Assembly: GCA_963837175.1 (NCBI GenBank)
Contig: CAWIMJ010000030.1
Span: 1-41,808, forward strand
Direction: 5' to 3'
DNA from: an uncultured Nitrososphaeraceae archaeon
GTDB taxonomy: Archaea; Thermoproteota; Nitrososphaeria; Nitrososphaerales; Nitrososphaeraceae
DNA length: 41,808 nucleotides
The translations under genes and the position numbers were made by a program. Shown one piece after another: positions 1 to 9,402 of this stretch. The notes below the pieces were generated by a model that worked only from the letters and a program-made list of their open reading frames with translations, had not been told where the DNA came from and did no database searches. Position 1 is the stretch's first letter. Each line of letters begins with the position of its first letter.

Positions 1-21
1 TGTAAACCTCTACTAACAGTA

Positions 22-35
22 TTAGCCTAGGCTAA
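22..35. promoter_or_regulatory. Perfect 14-bp palindrome TTAGCCTAGGCTAA, candidate DtxR/MntR-family operator next to a TATA-like box (tttattaa, 38-45)
   Basis: Self-complementary sequence seen directly about 30 nt upstream of the MCO start. Resembles DtxR/IdeR/SirR boxes, and a DtxR-family gene lies in the same cluster. Confidence 0.6.
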
Positions 36-67
36 CATTTATTAACTGTGCTATCAATTATCATCTT

Positions 68-1284
68 ATGCTACGTCCAAAAATAATTATCATCATGATT
101 TCTGTAGTTTTAATCTCTGTGATCTCAATAGGATATGTTATTTTTTCTTCTCCATTTAATCAATTTTCTGTTGTTGCACAGGACAATTCCAAGCCAAAAA
201 AAGTAGGTGAACATATGCCTGGTTCTAATATATTAGAAACAGCAGGAGACACTTTAGATCCTATATCACTAAGTAGCAGCGCCAGAGCGGTAGTAGATCC
301 TATGAAATATTTACGAGAATTCAACTATGGTAGGATATCTACCTTATCTAATGGAACTGTACTTAGAGAATTTACTCTTATTGCATCAGATGACAAAGTA
401 AAAGAAATATCACCAGGTGTCTTCTATAATGTATGGACATTTAATGGAACCGTACCTGGACCGACAATAAGGGCCACGGAAGGAGATCTGATTAGAATTA
501 ACTTTATAAATAACGGTTCAAAATTTCATACAATACACACTCACGGGATACATAAAGCAGAGATGGATGGTGTCTTTGAAAGTATAGCCCCGGGGGAAAA
601 TACACATATGAATTCACTGCAGAACCATTTGGAGTATTTCCTTATCATTGTCATATACAGCCTTTAGAAGAACACATATCCCATGGTCTATATGGAGTTT
701 ACATTGTCGATCCAAAGACACCAAGGCCTCCCGCAGATGAAATGGTAATGGTGATGAATGGCTATGATACAGACTCGGATTCAGAGAACAATTTTTACAC
801 AGTCAATGGAATTCCATACTACTATATGCATAACCCTATACAGATTGAAAAGAATCGTCTTGTACGAGTATATTTAGTAAATATGTTAGAATTTGATCCT
901 ATAAATAATTTCCATCTTCATGCAAATCTATATCAACTCTATCGAAGTGGAACAAGTCTGGTACCTAATGAATACACAGACATGGTAACTATGAGTCAGG
1001 GCGAAAGAGGGATACTTGAATTCACATATAAATTTCCTGGACAATACATGTTCCATGCTCATAAGACAGAATTTGCAGAAAAGGGCTGGATGGGATTATT
1101 TTTTGTTAAAGATTCGGCTGAACCAAATGTTGTTGTTGCATTGAATAACAGCAAAACAGCTAATTATCCGACTGAACTAGGTAATAATAATAATAATTAT
1201 TCTCATACTGAAAGTGCTAAAACAATAGCATCCCATTCTAGAGATGATGGTTTTGTACAATATCAATCAGGAGTAGGTAGTTAA
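68..1284 (+). CDS. Membrane-anchored two-domain multicopper oxidase (type C-like, T1 Cu in domain 1); one frameshift at the G5 run 592-596
   Basis: N-terminal TM helix, WTFNGTVPGP and HTIHTHG. Adding one G restores GGKYTYEFTAEPFGVFPYHCHIQPLEEHISHGLYG in frame with ORF 742-1284 (NNFHLHAN, MFHAHKTEFAEKGWMG; no Cys in domain 2). About 405 aa when joined. Confidence 0.9.
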
Positions 1285-1290
1285 AGAGAA

Positions 1291-2625
1291 ATGGAGATAG
1301 AACAAAATAGAGCGGACAGAAATACAAAGTCCAGCAGAAAAAAAATAATCGCTATTGCATTAATTCCATTATTGGTACTGGGTGGAATGATTATATTTCT
1401 TTTTGGCCCTGGTCAGTCGTTCCTTAACAAAGGAATATCTTTGCCTGAAATTACTATAGAAAGAACAGAATTCCAAGAAGGTAAAATTATAGCTTACATC
1501 CGTAATACTGGTCCCGAGGAGATCGAAATTGCACAGGCTGACATAAATGATCGAATAACCCCTGCTGCAATAGAACCTGGTAAGACCTTGTCAAGGTTGG
1601 CCGAAGCAAAAGTTATAATACCTTTTTCTTGGACGCCGGGGGTACCATATGAAGTAGGAGTAACTACTTCTGAGGGTACAAGGTTCAGCAAGGGCATCGA
1701 CGCTGCTGCCTTAGCGCCAGTTCCAAATGTAGCACAGGCATCATATTTTGCAGTAATAGGTGTATACGTAGGAGTTATACCAGTGTTGATAGGTCTTCTC
1801 TGGTTTCCATTCATAAAAAGACTGAGTACAAACAAATACAATTTCTTCCTCAGTCTTACTGTAGGATTGCTGGTATTTTTGGGAATAGATGCGCTAGTAG
1901 AAAGCAACGAAATTACCACAGAAAATATTGCAGGAGCTTTCAACGGTCAGGTGTTGATTGCCATGATAACAATTCTTTCGTTCTTAGCGTTGTTATATAC
2001 ATCTGAAAAACTCATTCAACGGGCTATAATGAAATCTGCTACAAACTCGAAATCTCCTTTGCTAGTATCATCCTCCTCCTATTCTCCTGATGCTACTACT
2101 ACACAGCAGCAACAACAACAAATGATAAAACCTGTTGCAATAGCGTTGATGATATCAATAGGAATAGGATTGCATAATCTTGGAGAAGGCTTGGCAATAG
2201 GTGCTGCTGTTGTACTGGGAAAAGTTGCACTCAGGTACTTTTCTAATAATTGGATTTGCATTACATAATACTACGGAGGGTTTGGCAATAGTAGCACCAA
2301 TGGCCAAAAGTGGCAAAGTCATGATACGAAAACTAGTAGCAATGGGCTTGATAGCTGGCATTCCGGCTATAATAGGAACATGGATTGGAGGATTTCTGTA
2401 TTCTCCCATTGCCGCAATAATATTCCTGTCTATGGGTGCTGGTGCAATATTTCAAGTGGTATTTTCTATTGCTTCTTGGATGACAAAAAATAAAAATAAA
2501 AAAATAATAATAATAATAATACTGCTGTTGACGGCGGAAGAAAGACATTGTTAAGTACATCTATGATTGCAGGATTTGTAGTAGGAATGGCAATAATGTA
2601 TGTAACGTCGTTGCTGGTATCATAG
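1291..2625 (+). CDS. ZIP family divalent metal permease with N-terminal extracytoplasmic domain; two compensating frameshifts (~2232, ~2500)
   Basis: IGLHNLGEGLAIG and FALHNTTEGLAI ZIP metal-binding helices lie in adjacent frames. The terminal helix SMIAGFVVGMAIMYVTSLLVS* returns to the original frame and ends at 2625. Confidence 0.88.
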
Positions 2626-2689
2626 TCTTGAGTCTTGATAGGTGCTATGATCAGATAATGGATATTGTAGTGAAATATTATAATAGTAG

Positions 2690-3217
2690 GTGAATGAATT
2701 ATTGTTAAATGAGTTGAAAGATGAATCGAATGCAAAAAACCATCGTCTTGAATCAATTCGTAATGCTCATAATAATGTAAAGAAAGAAGAGGGAGTAGAA
2801 GAGCGTACAGATAGAATGGAAGACTATCTTGAAGTGATTTATGAATTAGTACAGCAGAAAGGCTATGCTACCATTATAGATATTTCAAAATGTCTCAATG
2901 TCAGTTCTCCAAGTGTCACTAAAATGCTGCAGAGGCTAGATGAGAGCAGATATCTAGATTATGAAAAATATAGAGGAATCCGTCTGACTCATCAGGGAAC
3001 TGACGTTGCTAAGAATATCCATAAAAGGCATAGTGTATTGGCTGAATTTTTGAAAATGATTGGAGTAGACAAAGATATTGCAAATAGAGATGCTGAGGGG
3101 ATTGAACATCACTTGCATTCAGAAACTTTAAAAAAATTAGAAGAATTTGTAAAGACTGTAAAGAAGAACCCTGAATTTATACACACACATAATGAGTGTA
3201 GTGTAGAACCGAAATAG
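2690..3217 (+). CDS. DtxR/MntR family metal-dependent transcriptional regulator
   Basis: EDYLEVIYEL, VSSPSVTKMLQRL HTH, YEKYRGIRLT, RHSVLAEFL and DAEGIEHHL metal-site motifs. Confidence 0.93.
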   Translation: MNELLLNELKDESNAKNHRLESIRNAHNNVKKEEGVEERTDRMEDYLEVIYELVQQKGYATIIDISKCLNVSSPSVTKMLQRLDESRYLDYEKYRGIRLTHQGTDVAKNIHKRHSVLAEFLKMIGVDKDIANRDAEGIEHHLHSETLKKLEEFVKTVKKNPEFIHTHNECSVEPK

Positions 3218-3230
3218 ATTAATGCAATTA

Positions 3231-3264
3231 CATTATCACACACAATAAGTAGTGTGTGAAAATG
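3231..3264. terminator. Stem-loop just downstream of the DtxR-family gene (possible terminator or stability hairpin)
   Basis: cattatcacacac (3231-3243) pairs with gtgtgtgaaaatg (3252-3264), 12/13 complementary, starting 14 nt after the stop codon. Confidence 0.4.
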
Positions 3265-3588
3265 ATATAGTAATAACAGGAATTACAGACATTTATTTTA
3301 AACAATAATTCTACTTTAGAATATAATCAGATTCCAATAACTGTTCATCTTATGGGTAAGAAAGTTCTTGGCTTAATGATAAATTCAGAAAAGACTGGAA
3401 GAAGACTGGAAGACATTTTGCTAGTTCTAATGAGCTGTTTGGTACTTTAATTACTGGAACAGGATTAAGAAGACACAGGACTTGAGGATACAGAATTATT
3501 ACCACTACAAGATGACAAAAGCAACAACAATAACAATATGGAGATGAATGAAACGATGATGATGATGGCGCCTCATAGTTGAGATGTG

Positions 3589-3738
3589 TCATTCTCTTTT
3601 TCTAACTATAACTATCAATTTTTCCTTAACTGTTGGAATGCTTGTTCTTGTTCCCCTGATAACTGCCGGAAGATTTTCGTCATCTTCTAAAAGATGTTTA
3701 ATAATGATGATGTCTGTATCATTTAGCTGATATGGCAT
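3589..3738 (-). pseudogene. Degenerate Lrp/AsnC-type HTH regulator N-terminus
   Basis: Hand translation MPYQLNDTDIIIIKHLLEDDENLPAVIRGTRTSIPTVKEKL resembles the LDxxDxxILxxLxxD...TxxSxPTVK AsnC HTH start. Truncated at 49 aa. Confidence 0.4.
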
Positions 3739-3846
3739 TGCCTAATTTACCTATACGCTGCATAAATACGAATATCTTCATTATTAATCAATTTTACATT
3801 TGTAAAGTCTACTTATAATAAATGATAATAACAATCGATACTCAAT

Positions 3847-4194
3847 ATGTCTACAAAAGTACTCCAGAATCAAAAATATCAGAGTTGTATAGATGCGTGC
3901 AATGGCTGTGCCGAATCCTGTGAACTATGTGCTACCTCTTGTCTTAGAGAGCAAGATGTAAAGATGTTAGAAAGGTGTATTCAACTAGACCGCGACTGTG
4001 CTACTATATGTTGGGCAGCTTCACAATTTATGTCAAGAGATAGCGAATATGTGAAGCAAATCTGCAATACTTGTGCAGAGTTATGTGATGCATGTGCTGA
4101 AGAATGCGAAAAACATCAGCGTATGGCGCACTGCAAATTATGTGCACAAGCATGTAGGACATGTGCTCAAGAATGTCGTAAGATGAGTGGCTAA
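3847..4194 (+). CDS. csp3: Cytosolic copper storage protein, Csp3/DUF326 four-helix bundle
   Basis: 115 aa with 19 Cys in CxxC/CxxxC spacing (CIDACNGCAESCELCATSC, CIQLDRDCATIC, HCKLCAQACRTCAQEC). No signal peptide. Confidence 0.9.
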   Translation: MSTKVLQNQKYQSCIDACNGCAESCELCATSCLREQDVKMLERCIQLDRDCATICWAASQFMSRDSEYVKQICNTCAELCDACAEECEKHQRMAHCKLCAQACRTCAQECRKMSG

Positions 4195-4358
4195 AGTCAA
4201 AAGGTTGGGTTAAGACCAGCTAACATTTCTATTTCTTTTTTATATCATAGCCTTATAGCAGACATAAGCTTGTTTGATAAAAATAAAAAATAATATTTGG
4301 TTTTTTAAGATCTTTGTTTCCCTGTTTTGATTCTTTTTATTATATGCTGATGATATTA

Positions 4359-4718
4359 TTATAGACTACCTTGAGCAGCCTGTGCATGCATCTTTGCACC
4401 TTCAGTATCGCCAGCTTGTAGAGATTTCATTGCCTCATCTACGTGCATCTTTGCGGCTCCTTCTGGTAGAACCTTATCAGCTTCACTCAAGTGCATCTTT
4501 GCACCTGCAGTATCGCCAGCTTGTAGAGATTTCATTGCCTCATCTACGTGCATCTTTGCGGCTCCTGGATCTCCTACACTACTTGCTGCAGCGGATAGGG
4601 GTGATGATACAAAAGCAATAGGGCCGCCGCTATTTGTCATTATCAGTGTCCAAACTCCAAACAATACAGCGGTAATAATACCTACTGTATATCTTGTTCT
4701 AATACTTGTAGTCATCAT
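4359..4718 (-). CDS. Exported small helical protein with four AKMH motifs (internal 35-aa duplication)
   Basis: N-terminal hydrophobic signal/anchor followed by GAAKMHVDEAMKSLQAGDTxGAKMH twice. Likely start is the ATG at 4718. Confidence 0.8.
   Translation of the reverse strand: MMTTSIRTRYTVGIITAVLFGVWTLIMTNSGGPIAFVSSPLSAAASSVGDPGAAKMHVDEAMKSLQAGDTAGAKMHLSEADKVLPEGAAKMHVDEAMKSLQAGDTEGAKMHAQAAQGSL
4387..4566. repeat. 75-bp intragenic direct repeat (4387-4461 and 4492-4566), period 105 bp
   Basis: Copies differ at one position (4402 t / 4507 g). Confidence 0.95.
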
Positions 4719-4847
4719 ATAAATACAGAACACTATTTGATATAATGGTTATAACTATATTCTTTGATATGGAAGCAAGACTGAGATAATTGGGCATATT
4801 AGAATCTGTTAATGGTGCTGCTGGTGATAATAATAGTTAAGAGAACA

Positions 4848-5204
4848 TCAAATCAATCTTTTTTTGATAGTTGTATTATTCTTATCTTTTAATTGTTCTT
4901 TTACTATTTCAGCCAAGTCACCTATTGGTAGTGGCTTACGAGCAAAACATTTGACGGTTACGTTAGGATTTTCTTTCAAAAATTCTTTATACTCAGTATA
5001 TTTACTGGCTGTTAAAAAACAAACCTTGACCTTATTGTCTCTCTTTTTTATTTCTCTATAAAATTCAAAAACATTTATTTTTGCCATTTTAATACCCAAG
5101 AGTATAAGGTCATAGAAATTAGATTTAAAACTAGATAATGCTAGTTAAGGACTATCAAATGTATCACTTCAAATCCTTCATCTTTTAGTGCAACCTTCAC
5201 ACTT
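4848..5204 (-). pseudogene. Stand-alone response regulator (REC) pseudogene
   Basis: VKVALKDEGFEV / TFDSP*LALSSFKSNFYDLILLGIKMAK...KVKVCFLTA...RKP. It has an in-frame TAA and a frameshift, and the phospho-acceptor Asp is replaced by Gly. Paralogous to 34564-35025. Confidence 0.8.
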
Positions 5205-5497
5205 ACCAATTTGAATATCATCTGTGCTATGCTTTGCATAACTGACAGTTTGCAGAAAATCTCTAAGTGATGCTGTTTCATTCATTCATCGTTAGTATAA
5301 TTCCAAATTATTTAAGTCTAAATGTATTCTATAATTTCAAAAGGTAAGAAGGGACTGTTAAACTGTTGGCTGGCTTTCATTTATGCGTAATAAACTATTT
5401 CTCGTCATCAGATCCTTGTCAAATGGCCGTCAGATACCCATCATATTATTATGATTATATAATATAATTTGCAAAGATATTTTTGTATAAAATAACC

Positions 5498-5809
5498 ATG
5501 AAGAATGTTGTCGTTAGTATTGATGGAATTATGTCGATATGCGATGGATTTGGTATTGAAAAGCGACTTTTAAATTATCCAGGCATACAAAGTATTGAAG
5601 CCAACTTCCTTTCTGGCACAGCTACAGTAAAATATGACGGGTCAAAGGTAACATTGGAAGAGATCAAAAAACTGCGAAAAGTAAATATCTGGCGTAAGAC
5701 ATCAACAATGCATCAAATAAACACAGACTATGAAGAATATGGCTTTAAGCTTTCAATTACGCGAGGTCTAATGAATTACTTTTTGGCTTTTTTTGATTTT
5801 ATTAGTTGA
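5498..5809 (+). pseudogene. HMA-like domain, probably the truncated N-terminus of a P1B heavy-metal ATPase or a degenerate CopZ
   Basis: MKNVVVSIDGIMSICDGFGIEKRLLNYPGIQSIEANFLSGTATVKYD fits the HMA ferredoxin-like fold with only one Cys. The tail is unrelated and overlaps the opposite gene. Confidence 0.65.
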
Positions 5810-6547
5810 TTTTAACAAATAAGCTAGTAAGACTACTAAGAGGATTTCTATTATTATAGTTATTATGCCATTAGGTTCTAGTTCGTTTATTGGAGCTGCC
5901 TCACTCGAGAAGGGTGGCGTAATTAACCTGACCAATACAAATATACCAACTAATAAGGCGTTTCCGATAATTCCAAAATAATACAATATTGACTTATTAA
6001 TTGGAGATAGTTTCCCACCCATTATAATAATAATTATACCGAAAATTAATTGAGCAATTCCACTAATTAAGAAAAATATTCCCCACATGAAAGCTTCTTT
6101 CATATGTTCTTGTATTAGCAATAGATGAATAATACCAGCAGAAATAGACAATATTGCTATTGAAAGGTTGGTAATACTAATGCTTCTACTTTTAGAATAA
6201 ACAGGCTTGTATCCCAAGGAAGATACAAGTCCCACAGTTATACCTAGCGCAAATACTCCTACCCATTCAGTTAAAGGGGAAATTATATTATCTTCTTTCA
6301 TGGGGCTCATATTAGTATTATTATTATTCTCGTCATTTTCACTTTGAGCAAAGGCATCATGAGTACCAATAAAAGTAGTGATACTAGTAGATAAGAGAAA
6401 GGGGATTTGTGGTAGTAATAATATTAGTACTACTAATGATACTAACAACTTAATGTGCTTGTTATCATCCGGTGCAATATTCCACCCAGCAAAGTATTTG
6501 ATACTGCTCATGGTGCTAATAATGCATTCTTTTATATGAACTGGCAT
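5768..6547 (-). CDS. Multi-pass membrane protein with conserved-looking GIIHLLLIQEH...FFLISGIAQ motif, function unknown
   Basis: Signal-like N-terminus ending in AFA, about 5 further TM segments, and two intramembrane His. Start may be ATG ~6511. Confidence 0.7.
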   Translation of the reverse strand: MPVHIKECIISTMSSIKYFAGWNIAPDDNKHIKLLVSLVVLILLLPQIPFLLSTSITTFIGTHDAFAQSENDENNNNTNMSPMKEDNIISPLTEWVGVFALGITVGLVSSLGYKPVYSKSRSISITNLSIAILSISAGIIHLLLIQEHMKEAFMWGIFFLISGIAQLIFGIIIIIMGGKLSPINKSILYYFGIIGNALLVGIFVLVRLITPPFSSEAAPINELEPNGIITIIIEILLVVLLAYLLKSTNKIKKSQKVIH

Positions 6548-7011
6548 ATGTTCTGCTACTCAATTGTAAAATTCCTCCATCAGGGGTCGCAAGGATTTTC
6601 GTTATCTGTATTAGTATCATTAACGTTAAGACAGGCTGTTTATAAACTATATTTAAAGTGATGTGATAATATGTATAAGATAGAATATTAATACAAACGA
6701 AATGCTTTTGACAGCATTATCTTGATAAACTCTAATCTATGTTGAATTATCTTATTAAAGAATGTAATTATTAGTAGCTTCTATATTAATAAATAATTGC
6801 TGATAATAAAATACTGCCAATTATTTTGAAAAAATTAGACAGAACCACGTCATAAGTCGTAGTTTATCCCAGCAACTGATAGCCGTTGTCTAATACACAA
6901 TCTGAGACAATTACAAAGGTGTGGCAAAAGAATTTTTGCTTCGCGTTCTTCACCGAACCCATCATCTATTGCTTGTTTCTGATGTATTGATGATAATTTA
7001 TAAATCATAAA

Positions 7012-7125
7012 CATTTTGCTACTAAATCAATGTTAAAAAGTAGTTTTTCTATCATAATGATCAAAAATACCGATCAAAGGAGATTTAGTTATTTTCCGTT
7101 GTATCATATGCGATAATATTTGTCA
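7012..7125 (+). repeat. Degenerate dispersed repeat, copy 1 (copy 2 at 15986-16112)
   Basis: Shared blocks in the same order: cattttgctacta, tagtttttctat.ataat, tcaaaaa, aaaggagatttagtt, gttgtatc, ataatatttgtc. Confidence 0.7.
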
Positions 7126-7329
7126 AACTACTTAGTTAATGTTCAATATTTCTTAGTTAATAACAAACTGACGATATATCCACTACTCTTCATACCATTC
7201 TTTTCACTTCCTTCTCTCTTCGTACTTCAATTCTTATCTTTGATATGAATTTGTATAACTTTATCTGTAAATAAAATAAATGACTCAAGAAAAAGGAGAA
7301 GCGACAATACTATATAACAATCCAGCAGC

Positions 7330-7485
7330 TCAGCTAACGATATTGTAATAGCATTATAAGCAAATGACATTGCTAAATTCTGTTTAATCTTTTTGAACGA
7401 ATACTGTCCTGTTTTCAATGCAGAAAGAATATGACGGAGGTCGTTTTTCAAGTATTATATGTCCTGATGACATGGCAACATCTAT
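7330..7485 (-). pseudogene. C-terminal fragment of a P1B-type heavy-metal ATPase
   Basis: DVAMSSGHII / LKNDLRHILSALKTGQYSFKKIKQNLAMSFAYNAITISLA matches the DVA...KIKQNL..AYN region of Cu-ATPases. Frameshifted, with the rest of the gene missing. Confidence 0.8.
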
Positions 7486-7681
7486 TCTTTAGCGTATATC
7501 TGAAAAGAAAAAATCACGAAAAAAATTTTGATATTTGATATTTGCTGACTTATTTCTTTTTGAACTGTTAACATAGATTGTTTTATTATTTGGTATTTGA
7601 AAGACTCATCATCATAGTTATTTTTTGTCAGTCAATATCTTGCAATCTAGTTTTATTGCATTTGTGTTTATCGAAGTTGTC

Positions 7682-8084
7682 GCAATCAAGAATCTTAATT
7701 GTAATGAATTTGAGAAAACATTAACAGATTCATGTAGAGTATAGCATACACACAGATAAATGAGACATTCAAAATACCATTAATGAACATGTTGCTAAAT
7801 GCAGGTATTGACAGACTACCTCATGTCAATAATAATAGACTTGAAAGATTTAACAAACTTTAAGGAAAGAATTAGAGTGTAGATGTATGGAAGAAGAAGA
7901 AGAAGAAACGCACATACTTTACCATTCGTAGATGTCCATAGAATAAAATATAACTTTCTAAAATGACCATGCTTTAGAAAATGAGACACACACACCTGCT
8001 AAGAACACTGGAGTAGAAGAAATTAATGGAAACAACACATGATTGAACTTGTTAGAATCATCTATTAAGAAGGTTAATAGCTAG
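7682..8084 (+). mobile_element. Decayed DDE transposase/integrase C-terminus (IS6-like, archaeal type)
   Basis: Hand translation across frameshifts: AIKNLNCNEFEKTLTDSCRV*, EHVAKC/GIDRLPHVNNNRLERFN/FKERIRV, HRIKYNFLK*H/ALENETHTPAKNTGV...LNLL. This fits the TD, NNxxER, YNFxxPH and TPA motifs of IS6-like transposases. Confidence 0.65.
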
Positions 8085-9402
8085 AATACATATATACTTC
8101 CTACGTCTGGCACACACACATGGAAGATAACCAAGTTGGGATTTATCTAAACAACATCATCATGCCATCATAATCGATTGGGGTGGCGTGGATAAGTTTG
8201 ATTTGGTTATTTCATCTTGGCTCTACCTCCCATGTGTATTTACTATATTAGTTTCACAGAATACAAATTTAGCGTAAAAATAAGCATATAGGTTACTACG
8301 TGAGCATTTAGTGATGGTTTTTATTTTCTCTATTACTACTTATCAACTCCTATGTGACTAAGACGGAAACACATGCCTGGTGATAATTTTAAGGGTATCA
8401 CTTCATCACCATCAAAGCGGCTTTAATCAAGCTACGGATACACTTTTTCATCAAATTAGAGCTTTGGCTAATTATATCTTCTTCTTTATCATTTTTAGTA
8501 AAGAATTTCTATAAAGACGCAGTCATTTACAACTAATTCCAAGGGTTTATACCTAAAGTCAACAGAACTGAGTTTTCTGATCAATATTGCTATCAAAGAT
8601 AAATATTTTATTGAGGTTAAATTAATTAATGCTAAATGTCTACTTATATTCATACAATTGTAATTGTCTTTAGTTTTATGGCAAATAAGTTTCTAGTAGA
8701 ATAATGCTAAATAAAATCAATAATAATATTTCGATTGATAATACATCTATAATGTCAAATCATAATCCTATTACTCTAGATTCTATACCTTTAATATTCT
8801 GGAAGTATATTATATATCACTAAGCTATATTTTTAAATGCAACATTTGTTATTATTGTTATTTTTATTGATTGATATATATTGATTATCTATAACATAAT
8901 ATACTAATAGACATAGTATACTTTCATAATCTAGTATACATTTTATGAATCAATATTAATTAAGCACTTAAAATTTGCGGTCATGTAAAATCTCGTGTAA
9001 TTTTTTAAATCTAAAGTCGTGTAATTATGGGCTACACTAAAGTCCACTGATTTATATAATCTTTCGTCACTTCTGATCTTTTTCTGCGTTCTGACTAGCA
9101 AATTCAACAGATAGTATGAAAGAGCGATGATAATTGAGTAATTCTGACTACACCAAATACTGCCAAGTAGGCAAGCATAACAATACAGTAGCCAAGTTCA
9201 ATTATCAAGAAAAGAAGTCAACATACAGAAAATAAACCTACAACAAATAATAGTTAAAATAATAGATGAATTTTAGTCAGTTTTTTTAATGTTAACAAAA
9301 ATAGAGAGCGAACATGTTCCTTGATTCTTTATTTCTCTACTTCTCTCTTTTTTTGCTCTTTTCTAATCTACATGCTTCTATGGTGATGTTGGTGATTGTG
9401 CA

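Noticed and set aside
68-1284. Possible nitrite reductase NirK
   Set aside because: Both domains carry HxH pairs (HTH/HCH and HLH/HAH) for a trinuclear cluster, which fits a two-domain MCO.
1494-2756. Minus-strand ORFs including the poly-Cys and poly-Tyr ones
   Set aside because: Antisense shadows of the ZIP gene and its cag/aat microsatellites.
4382-4621. Plus-strand 79-aa repeat ORF
   Set aside because: Antisense shadow of the AKMH repeat gene.
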